64,000 nucleotides of DNA, taken from positions 186,001 through 250,000 of the forward strand of contig NIVC01001338.1 in assembly GCA_002269645.1 (NCBI GenBank), written 5' to 3'. Origin of the DNA: Macrostomum lignano (Eukaryota). The notes beneath the pieces were generated by a model. The model saw nothing but the letters and a program-made list of their open reading frames with translations, did not search any database and was not told the origin of the DNA. Positions 28,320 through 39,355 of this stretch are shown piece by piece. A program made the translations under genes and the position numbers. Every line of letters begins with the position of its first letter. Within the stretch, counting starts at the first letter, position 1.

Positions 28320-31300
28320 TTAATTCAGGGGTTTACCGGCCAATTTCACTACAATGCCGCTGCCACCATTGGCGATGGAGAATCTGCCAGAGCCAGCGGC
28401 GGAAGCTGAGCGACTCGCTGATGACGTCACAATATGAACTCGAGAGCCAATCAGAGACGACGCAGCTGACGATTTAACGACAATAGGAGAAGCCACTACA
28501 GGTGGCTGCTTGGCGCTGTTGGCGGTGCCGATGGGCTCGCTGCTTGGCTGCGACTCCCTGGTGGCGCCGTTCAATGCCAGACTGGCCAGGACCGAGGCTT
28601 CCTCGATCGGGCTGCGGGTGCGAGCATTAGTGAGTAATAAGCTACTTTCGATACATATCGGCAGTGCAAAGCTGCTATAATAGCTTTTATTAATTTAACA
28701 TAATGGTAAAAGTAACTTTCGATACATATCGGCCCTTAAACTTTGTCTGTAGTAAAAATAAAGTTTCAATAAATATCGATTCTTCAATTTTGCGAAATAA
28801 TTTCGCATACATATCGGCAAATTTTTTACTATCAAGTGAGCTTCGTTTGTCATAAACGCTATGCTTTTTCGATACATATCGTTACAAAAGGTTAAAAAAT
28901 CGCTCACATTTTATCCCGCGTCTCGGCCAATCCGCCAACAGACAGAATAGGCGGCAGTCGTCGCGGCTGCACCGTCGCTTCGCCGGCAGCAGCGTCGGTT
29001 GTCGTTGTCGCCGCCGCAGACGCGTCGTCGCTACTCTGGCATCGATACTTCAAATAGAGCGCGCGAGCGTCGGGCAGCTTAGCTTTGGAAGAGGAAGACG
29101 ATTGAGCAGCGGCGTCGCTAGCCGGCTTGTCATTGGCGGCCTTGGCATTGTCACTAGTATCATTTGAGACAGTGGCAGCACTACTAATAGTAGCATTCGA
29201 AACGGCAGGTTTGGCTTCGGTAGCCGTGGCGGTGGCGGTGGCGGCCGTGGCGGCGGTGGCTGCCCGCTTCATCTGGGCCATCTGGGCGGCGGCGACCAGC
29301 TGATTGACGGACGGCATGCCCGACGATCGGCGCTTGCGCTTCTTTTTCTTCAGCAGGCGCGCGGGCGGCAGCAGGCGGTACATCTGGGCGCAGTCTTTGC
29401 GGGGCCGGCCGCGCGGCCGCTTGATTGGCTGCTCGATCTCTACGTAGCCGTCTTCGTCTTCATCGTCGTCTTCGTCTTCATCGACGTCGACGTCGACAAT
29501 GTCGCCACGTTGTCGGCGAAGTTCGCGCAAGCTGGTGGCATCTGAGCCGGCCAGCTGCTGACCGTCTGCGGCCTTTAGGATGATTGGTGGAAGACGAGTG
29601 AGCTAGATGTATCGCTAGATTAGTCTCTAGATGTATCGCTAGATTTGTCTCTAGATGTATCGCTAGATTAGTCTCTAGATGTATCGCTAGATTAGTCTCT
29701 AGATGTATCGCTAGATTAGTCTCTAGATGTATCGCTAGATTAGTCTCCAGTTGTATCGCTAGATTAGTCTCCAGTTGTATCGCTAGATTAGTCTCTAGAT
29801 GTATCGCTAGATTAGTCTCTAGACGTATCGCTAGATTTGTCTCTAGATGTATCATTAGATTTGTCTCTAGATGTATTGCTAGATTTGTCTCTAGATGTAT
29901 CGCTAGATTTGTCTCTAGATGTATCGCTAGATTTGTCTCTAGATGTACCGCTAGATTTGTTTTTAGATGTCTTTAGCAGCTCACCTGATCCCCAAGGATG
30001 TGCACCAGTCGTTTCATTTTCGCGGCCAGAAACGGGTAGAGATGCGCTGACGGCAGCAAGTCCTGCTTACGGCAGCGCTGGCGCTGCTTGCTCTTGTCCT
30101 CATCTGCCTCATCGAAGGTTTCCGACTTAATCGCAGGCTGCTGCTGTTGCTGCTGTTGCTGCTGCAGCGGCTGGGACTCCGAAGGCGAAGGCTGCTTTAA
30201 AGTCGGCGGCCCTTTGACAGGCGTCACGTGACCTTTGAAACTGTTCACATTGGGGTGATACTGCATTCTCTGCTGCTGCTGCTGCTGCTGGATATCAGAG
30301 ACGCTGGCGAGTTCGTCATCGCAGTTGCTACTGACATTGTCGTCCATTTTGACCATAGCGGAGCTGTGAGCTAGAAGAGCATTGGTGCCTAACACGCTGC
30401 TGTAACTGGAGCCTTGCTGCTGCTGCTGTTGCAGGGGCAGCGGCGACTTGGTTTCGCGTCTCATTCCACCGCCGCCAGTTTTGTACATGGTGCCGGTGGC
30501 GCTGAACATTTGCACCTGAGCGTAGGGATGGTAGGGGGTCTTCTTGAGCGCCTGCAGCATGCCAGCCCTGGCCATGGGGTCGATGGTCCACAGGGAGCCT
30601 TTGGCCGAAGTCTGTGGGCGAATTTATCATTATTATATTATATTCTTAATCCAAAAAATCCCCAAGACAGTACTCGTATGTGAAATCCAAAAAATCCCCA
30701 AAAAATGAAATATAAAATCCTAAAAATTCACATTATACAATATAAAATAATACAAATCCCGAAAATCCCCAATACAGAATATAAAATCTCAAAAGTCCCC
30801 AATGCGCAGAATATAAAATCCAAAAAATCCCTATAATACAAACAATATGAAATCCCAAAATCCCCAATGAACTGAATATGAAATCCCAAAAATTTCCTAT
30901 ATACAGAATATGAAATTTAAAAAATTCCCAATACACAATATGAAATTCCAAAATCCCCAATACAGAATATGAAATCCCAAAAATCCTCAATACACAGAAT
31001 ATGAAATCCCAAAAATCTCCAATACACAAAATATGAAATCCCAAAAATCGTCAATAAACAGAATATGAAATCCAAAAAATCCCTAACGAACAGGATATGA
31101 AATCCCAAAAATCTGCAATACACAGAATATGAAATCCCAAAAATCCCCAATACAGAATATGAATTATGAAATCTAAAAAAAATCCCCAATACACAGAATA
31201 TGAAATCCCAAAAATCCCCAATACAGAATATGAATTATGGTATCCCGAAAATCCCCAATACACAGAATTTGAAATCCCAAAAATCCCTAATACAGAGTAT

Positions 31301-31858
31301 GAATTCCACAAAGATCGCAAATAAAGACTGACATTCAAAAGACCCACAGTGCATGTAACAAAATGAAAGAATGAGTACACAATACACTACTTACATCCCG
31401 CTGCACTTTCGTAAAGCTCTTATTCAGAGACAAGTTATGTCTGACGGAATTTTTCCAGCCGTTCTGAGCCTGGCGGTAGAATGGGAACTTCTGCTCAATC
31501 CACTGGTAGATGCGGCGCACCGGTAGGCACTTGTTTGGCGCCGCCTCAAGCGCCATGAAGATGAGGCAGGAGAAAGAATAGGGCGGCTTCAGCAGCCGGT
31601 CTTTGTGCGGATCGTAGCCGCTGTGAAACCGGTTGCCGCAGCTGGCGAAGGTGGACTGGGGAAACGGTTCCTGGATCCAGAAGGGGAAGAGGGTGAGAAA
31701 AAACGGCTTTGAGAACTCGTAATAGTTATGGTTTTAACTACCGATTTGTTGCCTATTCATGAAACTTTCATAGATAGGTACGAGTAGATAGATGGATAGA
31801 AAGACAGACAGACAGACACTGACAGACACTGACAGACACTGACAGACAGACAGACACT

Positions 31859-31914
<56 letters not shown>

Positions 31915-31972
31915 CTAAGACAGACAGACAGGCAGACAGACAGACAGACAGACAGACAGACAGGCAGACAGG

Positions 31973-32006
<34 letters not shown>

Positions 32007-32582
32007 CTAAGACAGACAGACAGGCAGACAGGCAAACAGACAGACAGACAGACAGACAGACACTGACAGACAGACAGACAGACACTGACAGACAGACAGA
32101 CAGACAGACAAACAGAAAGACACTGACAGACAGACAGACAGAGACACTGACAGACAGATCATAAATTAATCAAAACGCACCTTCTTAACACTGGCCGCCC
32201 CGGCAGCCTCAGCGGCAGGCGGCTGGCCAGTCGCATCCGATTCGCCGAGCCCGGGATTCAGCAGATCCGGGGGCCGGTAGTTCACCAGCCAGTCCAAGTC
32301 GCCCAGCTCGCTGCCGCCGCCGCCCACAGACGGCGAGGCTCGCAGGCTGGCGAAGCAGCTGCGGCTCAGCGGGTCGGCAGCTCCGACAGCATCGTCGTCG
32401 ACGTCGTCAAGCGCCGAAGCTCCTGGCGCGTCGCGTAGCGCGTTGGACAGCGCGGCGGCTGGGTAGGAGGCGGCCAGGCTGTCGCTGAGTGCCAGACGCC
32501 TGGCCAGCAGCTCAGCTGAGGAATCGTCGGAATCGGCAGCCGACAAGGGCGGCGGACTGTCGTCGAGCATTAGGCGGCTCAT
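28320..32582 (-). CDS. FOXN3: Forkhead transcription factor FoxN2/3 (CHES1-like); complement(join(28320..28611,28908..29572,29985..30611,31395..31670,32181..32582)), ~753 aa
   Basis: [15 protein letters not shown]...[15 protein letters not shown]...KGSLWTIDP...[11 protein letters not shown] matches FoxN2/3; N-terminal DLDWL and C-terminal EEASVLASL motifs; splice phases 0/0/0/2 consistent. Confidence 0.9.
29602..29968. repeat. 24-bp minisatellite (TCTCTAGATGTATCGCTAGATTAG) in FoxN intron 3
   Basis: Direct reading. Confidence 0.95.
30645..31310. repeat. Degenerate ~31-bp minisatellite (AAAATCCCCAATACAGAATATGAAATCCC) in FoxN intron 2
   Basis: Direct reading. Confidence 0.9.
31795..32158. repeat. 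(CAGA)n microsatellite in FoxN intron 1
   Basis: Direct reading. Confidence 0.97.
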
Positions 32583-32699
32583 TGCTGATGCTGTGGACTT
32601 TGAATTCCTACTGTTGTTTGTCTCTAAGGGTAAAATAGCTTGCAAATTACTGGAATGGTCAGTATTAAACAGTGAATCCGTTTTATTAATATGTAAAAA

Positions 32700-32875
32700 C
32701 AGGACTGGGGGTCACCACACACCCTCAGTTACCCCAGCTAATGCTGGCACCCATTTTACAGCTGGGCGAACTGAAGCAATGCAGAGTTAAATGCCTTACT
32801 CAAGGACACAAATTGTTCTAAGGCAGTCGAGAATCGAACCAACCACTAGGCTACAGCCTCACCAATCTAGCGCAA
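32700..32875 (-). mobile_element. tRNA-derived SINE with CORE-like central domain
   Basis: Minus strand: TAGCCTAGTGG (A box), GGTTCGATTC (B box), then TGTGTCCTTGAGTAAGGCATTTAACTCT...CTGTAAAATGGG, resembling the MIR/CORE domain. Confidence 0.7.
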
Positions 32876-33087
32876 ATGCAATTTACACTGCTAAGCCTCT
32901 CTGGTGTAATATAACTTGGCCAAAATGTTTAAAATAATTCTATAAAGGCAAAAAATGCTATTTTTGTGAATTTAATAAAAAATAGTGGATTAATACTAAT
33001 TATATAAATAAAAATCAACTAAGTTTATATACTAAATGATTACCTAAAACTAAATGTTGCTTTGTTATCTTTTTGTCGCTTATTTAT

Positions 33088-33347
33088 TACTGGGTGTTGC
33101 AAAAAAACTCAACAAAAAATTGTGATAATTCAGCACCAACAAAAAATAAAGGCAAAAATTTAAAGCCAGTTTAACTTTAAATACATATGAAAAGCAAGCT
33201 TAGTTTGTGTGGTCACCATTGATAGCAAGAACTATCTCTCCAGCCTTGTTTGTGCTCTTCAAAATAAAGTCAAATTTTGTAGTATAAGGGGTCATGCAGA
33301 CCTTTTAAAGATAAAAAATGTGTCAAGTTTTTTTGCAACACCTGGTA
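33088..33347. mobile_element. Tc1/mariner-type MITE, 260 bp, 22-bp TIRs including terminal TA
   Basis: TACTGGGTGTTGCAAAAAAACT (33088-33109) / AGTTTTTTTGCAACACCTGGTA (33326-33347). Confidence 0.8.
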
Positions 33348-34413
33348 TATTTGACAATAAACAAGCAAAAATATTTATAGCAGGACTAGGTAAGGCTAAA
33401 AGTACTAAGAAAATATGATATGCAATCATTTTTACAATAATTCAGTACTTAGTAGGATTATTATATGGGATATTTCACTTTAGTATTTTTAGTAATTTAC
33501 AATTAAATTTTAAATTTTAATAAATACAAAATAGGTTTATGTTTCTAACAACAGATGTAACAACAGACATAAATAGATATATTAAGATTAACACGAAGTT
33601 GTTTTAGAATAAATTTGCCTAAAAAGTTATATACCAAGAACCTTAGTATATGCCATGATTATAAGCTAAGTGCATTAAGGACCTTTAATAATGCTAGAAT
33701 TTTCTATCACAAAGGCATCTTCTTGACTATAATAATATGGAGACTAGGCCTAATAAGGGATTAGTTTGTTTGTTTAGGTTTGGTCTAAACTAATTTCTTC
33801 TTTACAAGCTAATAGGGATAGCCTCAAGCAAAACTATGGCTTATTCTAATTTTCTATATTCTGTAGCCAAAGAGATTCCAATATTACTATATTCTTATAG
33901 TTTCTGTAGCCCTAGCCATATTTTTGACAAAAAAGTCTAAGAAATAAAATACTTTGAATCTAGAAGATAACATAGTATTTAAATGACTGCAAATTAAGAT
34001 AGAAACTTAGACAAACACTTGATTCTTTTGTAAGATTATTAAATGTCTATCAACTACTACTACTACTACTACAACTATTACTATCAATAGAAGATAAAGT
34101 GAATGTTTTCACATTAATAAAAGTTAGAATTTGCTAGTGTTTTATTGTACCATATTAGATATCATTTATAAGTTTTAAATCTATGATATAGTTTACCAAG
34201 TATCTTTGTTTTACTCAATCTGTTTCTATGTGTACTACAACATGATCCTAACTATAGATCTGCCTTAGGATCCCATAGCCATAGCCATAGCTATGGCAAA
34301 ACACTAGTTATTAATAAATTTAATGATTTTGCAAGGTATGCTACCTATGAAATTTTAGAAGAGATAATGATTTGATAGCTTTGGACAAATGTTAGATTGT
34401 TATCAAGCTGTAT

Positions 34414-35720
34414 TACAAGGGGTGCATAAAAAGTTTTTGCAACCTGGTTCCCAATTGTAGATAAATTGTTGATAAACATTTAAATTCTATATTTTTATGA
34501 AATCCTTCAATATAATATCTCTATATATTAGCCATATTCTATGCATTTCTAGTAATGGCAAATCTATGCCTCAAAGTTGGCATGGTATTTAGCTCTAAAT
34601 TGATATAGTAAGCTGGGTCTTAAGGCTATTGAAAATGACATCTAGTTCAGAAGTTTTGGTAATGCCCAAAAGTTGCAAGGTGCCAAGTTAGGATAAGGCC
34701 TTAGGCCTTAATGGATAGTATAATATCATCTTGAGCTTGTTACTGGCAAAAAAGCTTGTTGTCATGGCCACAGTGTGGCTAGAGGCCATACATGCTTAAC
34801 CTTGGGAATCACTTGGCCATTTATATTGGCAACATATACATGTAAGTCACTTTTGGCTGAGAGTAGTCATGTGACTACCATTCTGTCCAATAGCAACTTA
34901 CATGTATATGTTGCCAATATAAATGTCTGGTAAAATCCCTAGGTTACACTTAAGCATGCTAGAAGCATTGTTATAGTGCAAGTAAATTTTACCACTGGAA
35001 GCAAGTTGGCTGCTCTTCCATCACTAAAGCCACAACTTTAGGCAAAACCTTGCCAGCTAGTATAAAATCTGGCATTGACATTCTGTCCAATTGGCATCAT
35101 AACAATTGTCCCTGGCCCATTGATGCTAAAAAAGACAATAAATATCTGTTTCTATGAGCCAAGTGCCAAGGTAAGTCACAAAATACAAAACTTGATAAAC
35201 AAGAAATTGAGAGAAGAAAGGAAAGAGAAAAAGAGAAAAGAAAAAGAAAGGAGAGAGAAAAAAGCAAGAAAAATCATATACAAAGTGAAAATTAAGTTGC
35301 AATTGGGAGAAATTAAGTTGCAATCAAGAGGAACTAAGTTGCAAATCTGGACAAAACTAGGCCCTCCTAAGTTGCACCAGATAGGCCTAGGTGAAATCTT
35401 GAGGTTGGGCATAGATGAAGCAATTTATAATATTTTAAAGTTGTAATTGGGGGAACTAAGTTGCAATCAGGAGGAACTAAGTTGCAATTGGAAGGAACTA
35501 AGTTGCAATTGAGAGGAACTATAGGCCTAAGTCGTAATTGGACATCAATCAATGTGTGAAATTTTGAGGTTTGGGCATATATGCTGGCACTGATCAATTC
35601 AATCCAATGGGCAATAGTGCAGCATGAAGAGGCTTGATCTCCTATAACTTGAACTAGCTTGGCATGAATTTTTGTGGCATTTTCTTTCTCTAAGTATACC
35701 ACTTTAGCTAGGACTAGGTT
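34414..35720 (-). mobile_element. Degenerate mariner transposon relic
   Basis: HTH-like YLEKENATKIHAKLVQVIGDQASSCCTIAHW (35590-35700); PYPNLAPCNFWALPKL (~34650-34698), the decayed YSPDLAPCDF motif; TIR-like end TACAAGGGGTGCATAAAAAGTTTTTGCAACC at 34414. Confidence 0.75.
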
Positions 35721-37339
35721 TTTAAATTTGGTAGAGTAAGATTATTTTATTAAAAAAAATTTGCTTTGCCATTGAATTAGGCTAGGTTGGCTCATTAGGC
35801 TGGTAGGCCCTATCTATGCTATATGCTATAATAAACATTATAATATAATCTATATGTCTAATGTCTTGTTTGAATCAAAACCAAGACAGAGTAGGCCTAG
35901 AATGATGCCACTTTGATTTCTTTTAATAAAAAATTAAATTGTGCCTACAATGAAGTAGTGGTATAGGTCTATTAATTTATATAGTACCAAAAGCCTGGTA
36001 ACAAGGTCAAGCTGCCTAGCCAATTCAGTTAATTGGCTAGCAGATGATGCATGTACTCCCAGCTCTTTAGACTTTTACTTTTGTTAACTTTCCATTTTTA
36101 TATTTCTAAGCAAATAAAATTACAAAAGCTAGGGCCTACACCTTTGCTAAGTCTTAGACTTAGAAGTGCCGGGGTTAGGGTAGAGGCGTAGCGTAGCGTA
36201 GGGTTTAATGTCATTGTGATTTAAGCAAATTAATTTTAACTAGGCCTATTCTAATCCGAAGTCTGAACTTACAGAATTTGATTCAAACGTTTCGAATGAA
36301 ATTTTGCTATGCACATAAATATATTAATGCATTTAGTTACAGATGCTAAAATTCAAAAATAAGGAGCAAATTTCTGCCAAAGCTAGCTCATCATAACCAG
36401 CAGTCAGCAAACCAATAAAGCTTTAAGGTCTGGTCTTTGGGCCTTTTCATATTACCAATTCCAGAACCAGAATCGGTTCGAAATTCCAAGAAAAACAGCA
36501 GTATAACTATTTAACTCTGTTAATATTTGACTGCCTTAACAACCTCACTAAGTACAATTTTCACTTTCTTCTTGGCGATTGTCATTCAATAATAAAAACT
36601 TTATAGCACGTATCTCCCTCTAGTTATGGAGACAAAAAGTTATACTTCACAAATTGGTTCTGGTTCTGGAACCAGAACAAGCAATATGAAAAGGCCCTTT
36701 CACGAGTCCCAAGCTGCTGCGTCGTTAACAACAAATATCGAAAAACTGTTCAAAGTACGACAAATTGAAATAACAAAATGTGTTTTTAAAAATGCTCCTA
36801 AGAGTGCAAACACTTTGAAGGCGTTAAAAAGAAACATAAAATAATTATAATTAAAATAACAGGTCATATTTATTACTGCTCATAAAACGTAAGAACTTAA
36901 CTCGGTTACACCGGGCCCGTGCCATAAAATTAAGGCGATCGGAGCTTGGCTCAAGAATTGTCTTTACGTTTTAATTAAGGTGTTGATGGATTTGTATTCA
37001 TATATTTTATGGTTAAGATCGGGGAGCTAAATGTATATTTGGGAGTTGTTCCAAGGATTGCAGCTAATCATATTTATCATGTCAGCTAACAGTCTAAAGG
37101 TACATGTACATGTATATAGTGAGCGAAAGTTCAAAGGAGGCCAAAGCAAAAGCAGAGAGTTTCAAAAGAAGGTCCATGTGTACTATCTAGTTTTCTCTCG
37201 TAGCCAATTTTGAAACATTCATTACTCTTTCGAAATAGTACATTCTTCCTGCCATGGCTACATATAGCCATTCGATCAGTTGTTGTTTACATGATCATCC
37301 CTTCTCTCCAAATAATTTTACCAGTACACTTTACATATC

Positions 37340-38170
37340 TTAATTTCACGGCGGCCCACGGGCGACGCTGAAGACATGATTGAGCGCCTTCTAGATGAGC
37401 AGCAACAGGCTGCTGTCGACGACGCTGCATTTATGTCTGGTCCATTATCCAGCTGCAGCCGACGTGAAGAGCCGCGCAGTGTGGACGACCGTTCCCACTG
37501 GAAAATACCGCTCCCAGCTGAGGAGGACTTCTGCACCCAAGCCCAGTCACCACGGAAGACATTGCTTTTCGCTCGGAAAACACCGGCCAGGCGGTAAGGC
37601 GTTCGGCCCCGACGAAGTCCCGTTGGTCGAAGCGCTGCGGCTCCGATGTGTGGCCTCCCAGGCGCCATGAACCGCGTGCTTGCTGGCGCCCGTGCGCCTA
37701 CCGAATGGACCATTGCGCAAACCGTGTCGATTCAACGCGGGAACAATGCGGTCAAAGAAAAAAGAAGCCTGGGCGGTATTCCATTCGATCCGGGCCGTCC
37801 TCCAGTCCGAAAAGCTGCCCGACCGCCAGAGGGCTCTGTTGTGGCAGGCGGTGGTCAAAACCGTCTTGCTCTACAACGCCGAGACGTGGACGCTGGCGGC
37901 TACGCTTGAGCGACAGTTGGATTCGACGCACTCAGGGCTGCGCCGTGCGTTCTTTCAAGCTGACGAGAGCGCCAGGACCGAAGCCCTGTACGATCGGGCC
38001 AAGCTGCAGCGCCCATCCTGTACTGGTGGTGACTTCAACTGGCGGGTCACGTGATCCGGGCCGAGAGCTACTGCCCCAAACCTGTTCAGGACGACCTTGC
38101 AGGGCCCATTCAGGTGAGTCAGGCCCGAACACGTCGATACGTTGACTGCCCGCTGTGCGACGCTGGGGCG
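37340..38170 (+). mobile_element. 5'-truncated, frameshifted non-LTR retrotransposon fragment (RTE-like RT C-terminal region)
   Basis: AWAVFHSIRAVL...LLWQAVVKTVLLYNAETWTL...LRRAF, typical of the RTE-clade region after the RT domain. Confidence 0.75.
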
Positions 38171-38758
38171 TAAAATTAATTGCTTTGGTTTAACTTACTA
38201 CTTAGCTGAGAGTAGCTTACACGCAAATGTTGCAGAGTGGCCCATCTAGTTTTTATAATATCTGTGTTGCTAACTGACGCCAGAATTCCGGACTTCATCT
38301 ACAGTCCTAAAGAAGGCACAGGTAAAACAATTCTATCTCTATAGTTCATCTACTTGCGCATAATTACTCGTGCAGTTGCTTTAATTTGGCACCTGGCTAT
38401 ATACATTGTACGAGCTAGAGTTTTTTGTTGTGTCAAGATGCAATGGAGGGCAATGCACATAAAAAGTGAACTTACCCCAGGCACAGGTAATTCTCTCCGC
38501 ATAAATAGATTCAGTTAAAGACAACTTCGCAACTTCGACTCGACAAGTTCGAATGTCTTAAAAACGGAGTTGTTACCAAAAATAAATTATAATATCGTTG
38601 CAAACATATAAACTTATGAAGGTAGGAAGCCTTTTCATTTTTTCTGTAGCTCTTCTGGAAAACTGGGTTGAAGTTCGCTCTAACTCAGCTTAGACGTTCG
38701 AGTACTTGCTAAAATTGCATCTTATTTCTGAGAATAAATCGCTCACTTGTCGTTATCA

Positions 38759-39355
38759 ATGGATGTCCTGAAATGCGTCGTTGTCGGCGACTCAAACGTT
38801 GGCAAGACCAGCCTGATTATGACGTACGTACAGAGCGCATTCTACGAAAATTCAATACCGACAGTGTTTGACTCTCACATAGTCACGGTTAACCATGGTG
38901 AAGCCAACAAAAGCAGGCAGCTGGTTGTGTGCGACACCGCAGGCCAGGAGACCTACGACAGACTGCGACCGCTCAGTTATCCGGACACCCACGTCTTCCT
39001 GTTGTGCTTCTCCGTGAACAACTCGACAAGCTTGAGCAACGTAATAGAGAAATGGCACTGGGAGCTGAAGCATCACTCTCCCAACACGCCAATCATTCTT
39101 GTTGGAACCAAGTCAGATTTGCGAGCGTCTGCTCCAACTGACAAAGCAGTTTCTAGCGAGCGAGGCTGCCAGGTGGCTAGAGAAATCAAAGCCATAAAGT
39201 ACATAGAGTGCTCTGCGCGACATCAGGACGGACTGCATCGCCTCTTTGTTGAGGCCATCGCTGCGGCTGATATGCCCCGAGGCGACAACGGTCGTGCTGA
39301 TGGTGGCAACAGGAACTCTCTGAATGGTTTGAAGACTCTCTGCAGCGTTTTGTGA
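38759..39355 (+). CDS. Intronless atypical Rho-family (Rac-like) small GTPase, 198 aa, CAAX CSVL
   Basis: [40 protein letters not shown] motifs; first ATG at 38759; uninterrupted ORF. Confidence 0.9.
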   Translation: MDVLKCVVVGDSNVGKTSLIMTYVQSAFYENSIPTVFDSHIVTVNHGEANKSRQLVVCDTAGQETYDRLRPLSYPDTHVFLLCFSVNNSTSLSNVIEKWHWELKHHSPNTPIILVGTKSDLRASAPTDKAVSSERGCQVAREIKAIKYIECSARHQDGLHRLFVEAIAAADMPRGDNGRADGGNRNSLNGLKTLCSVL

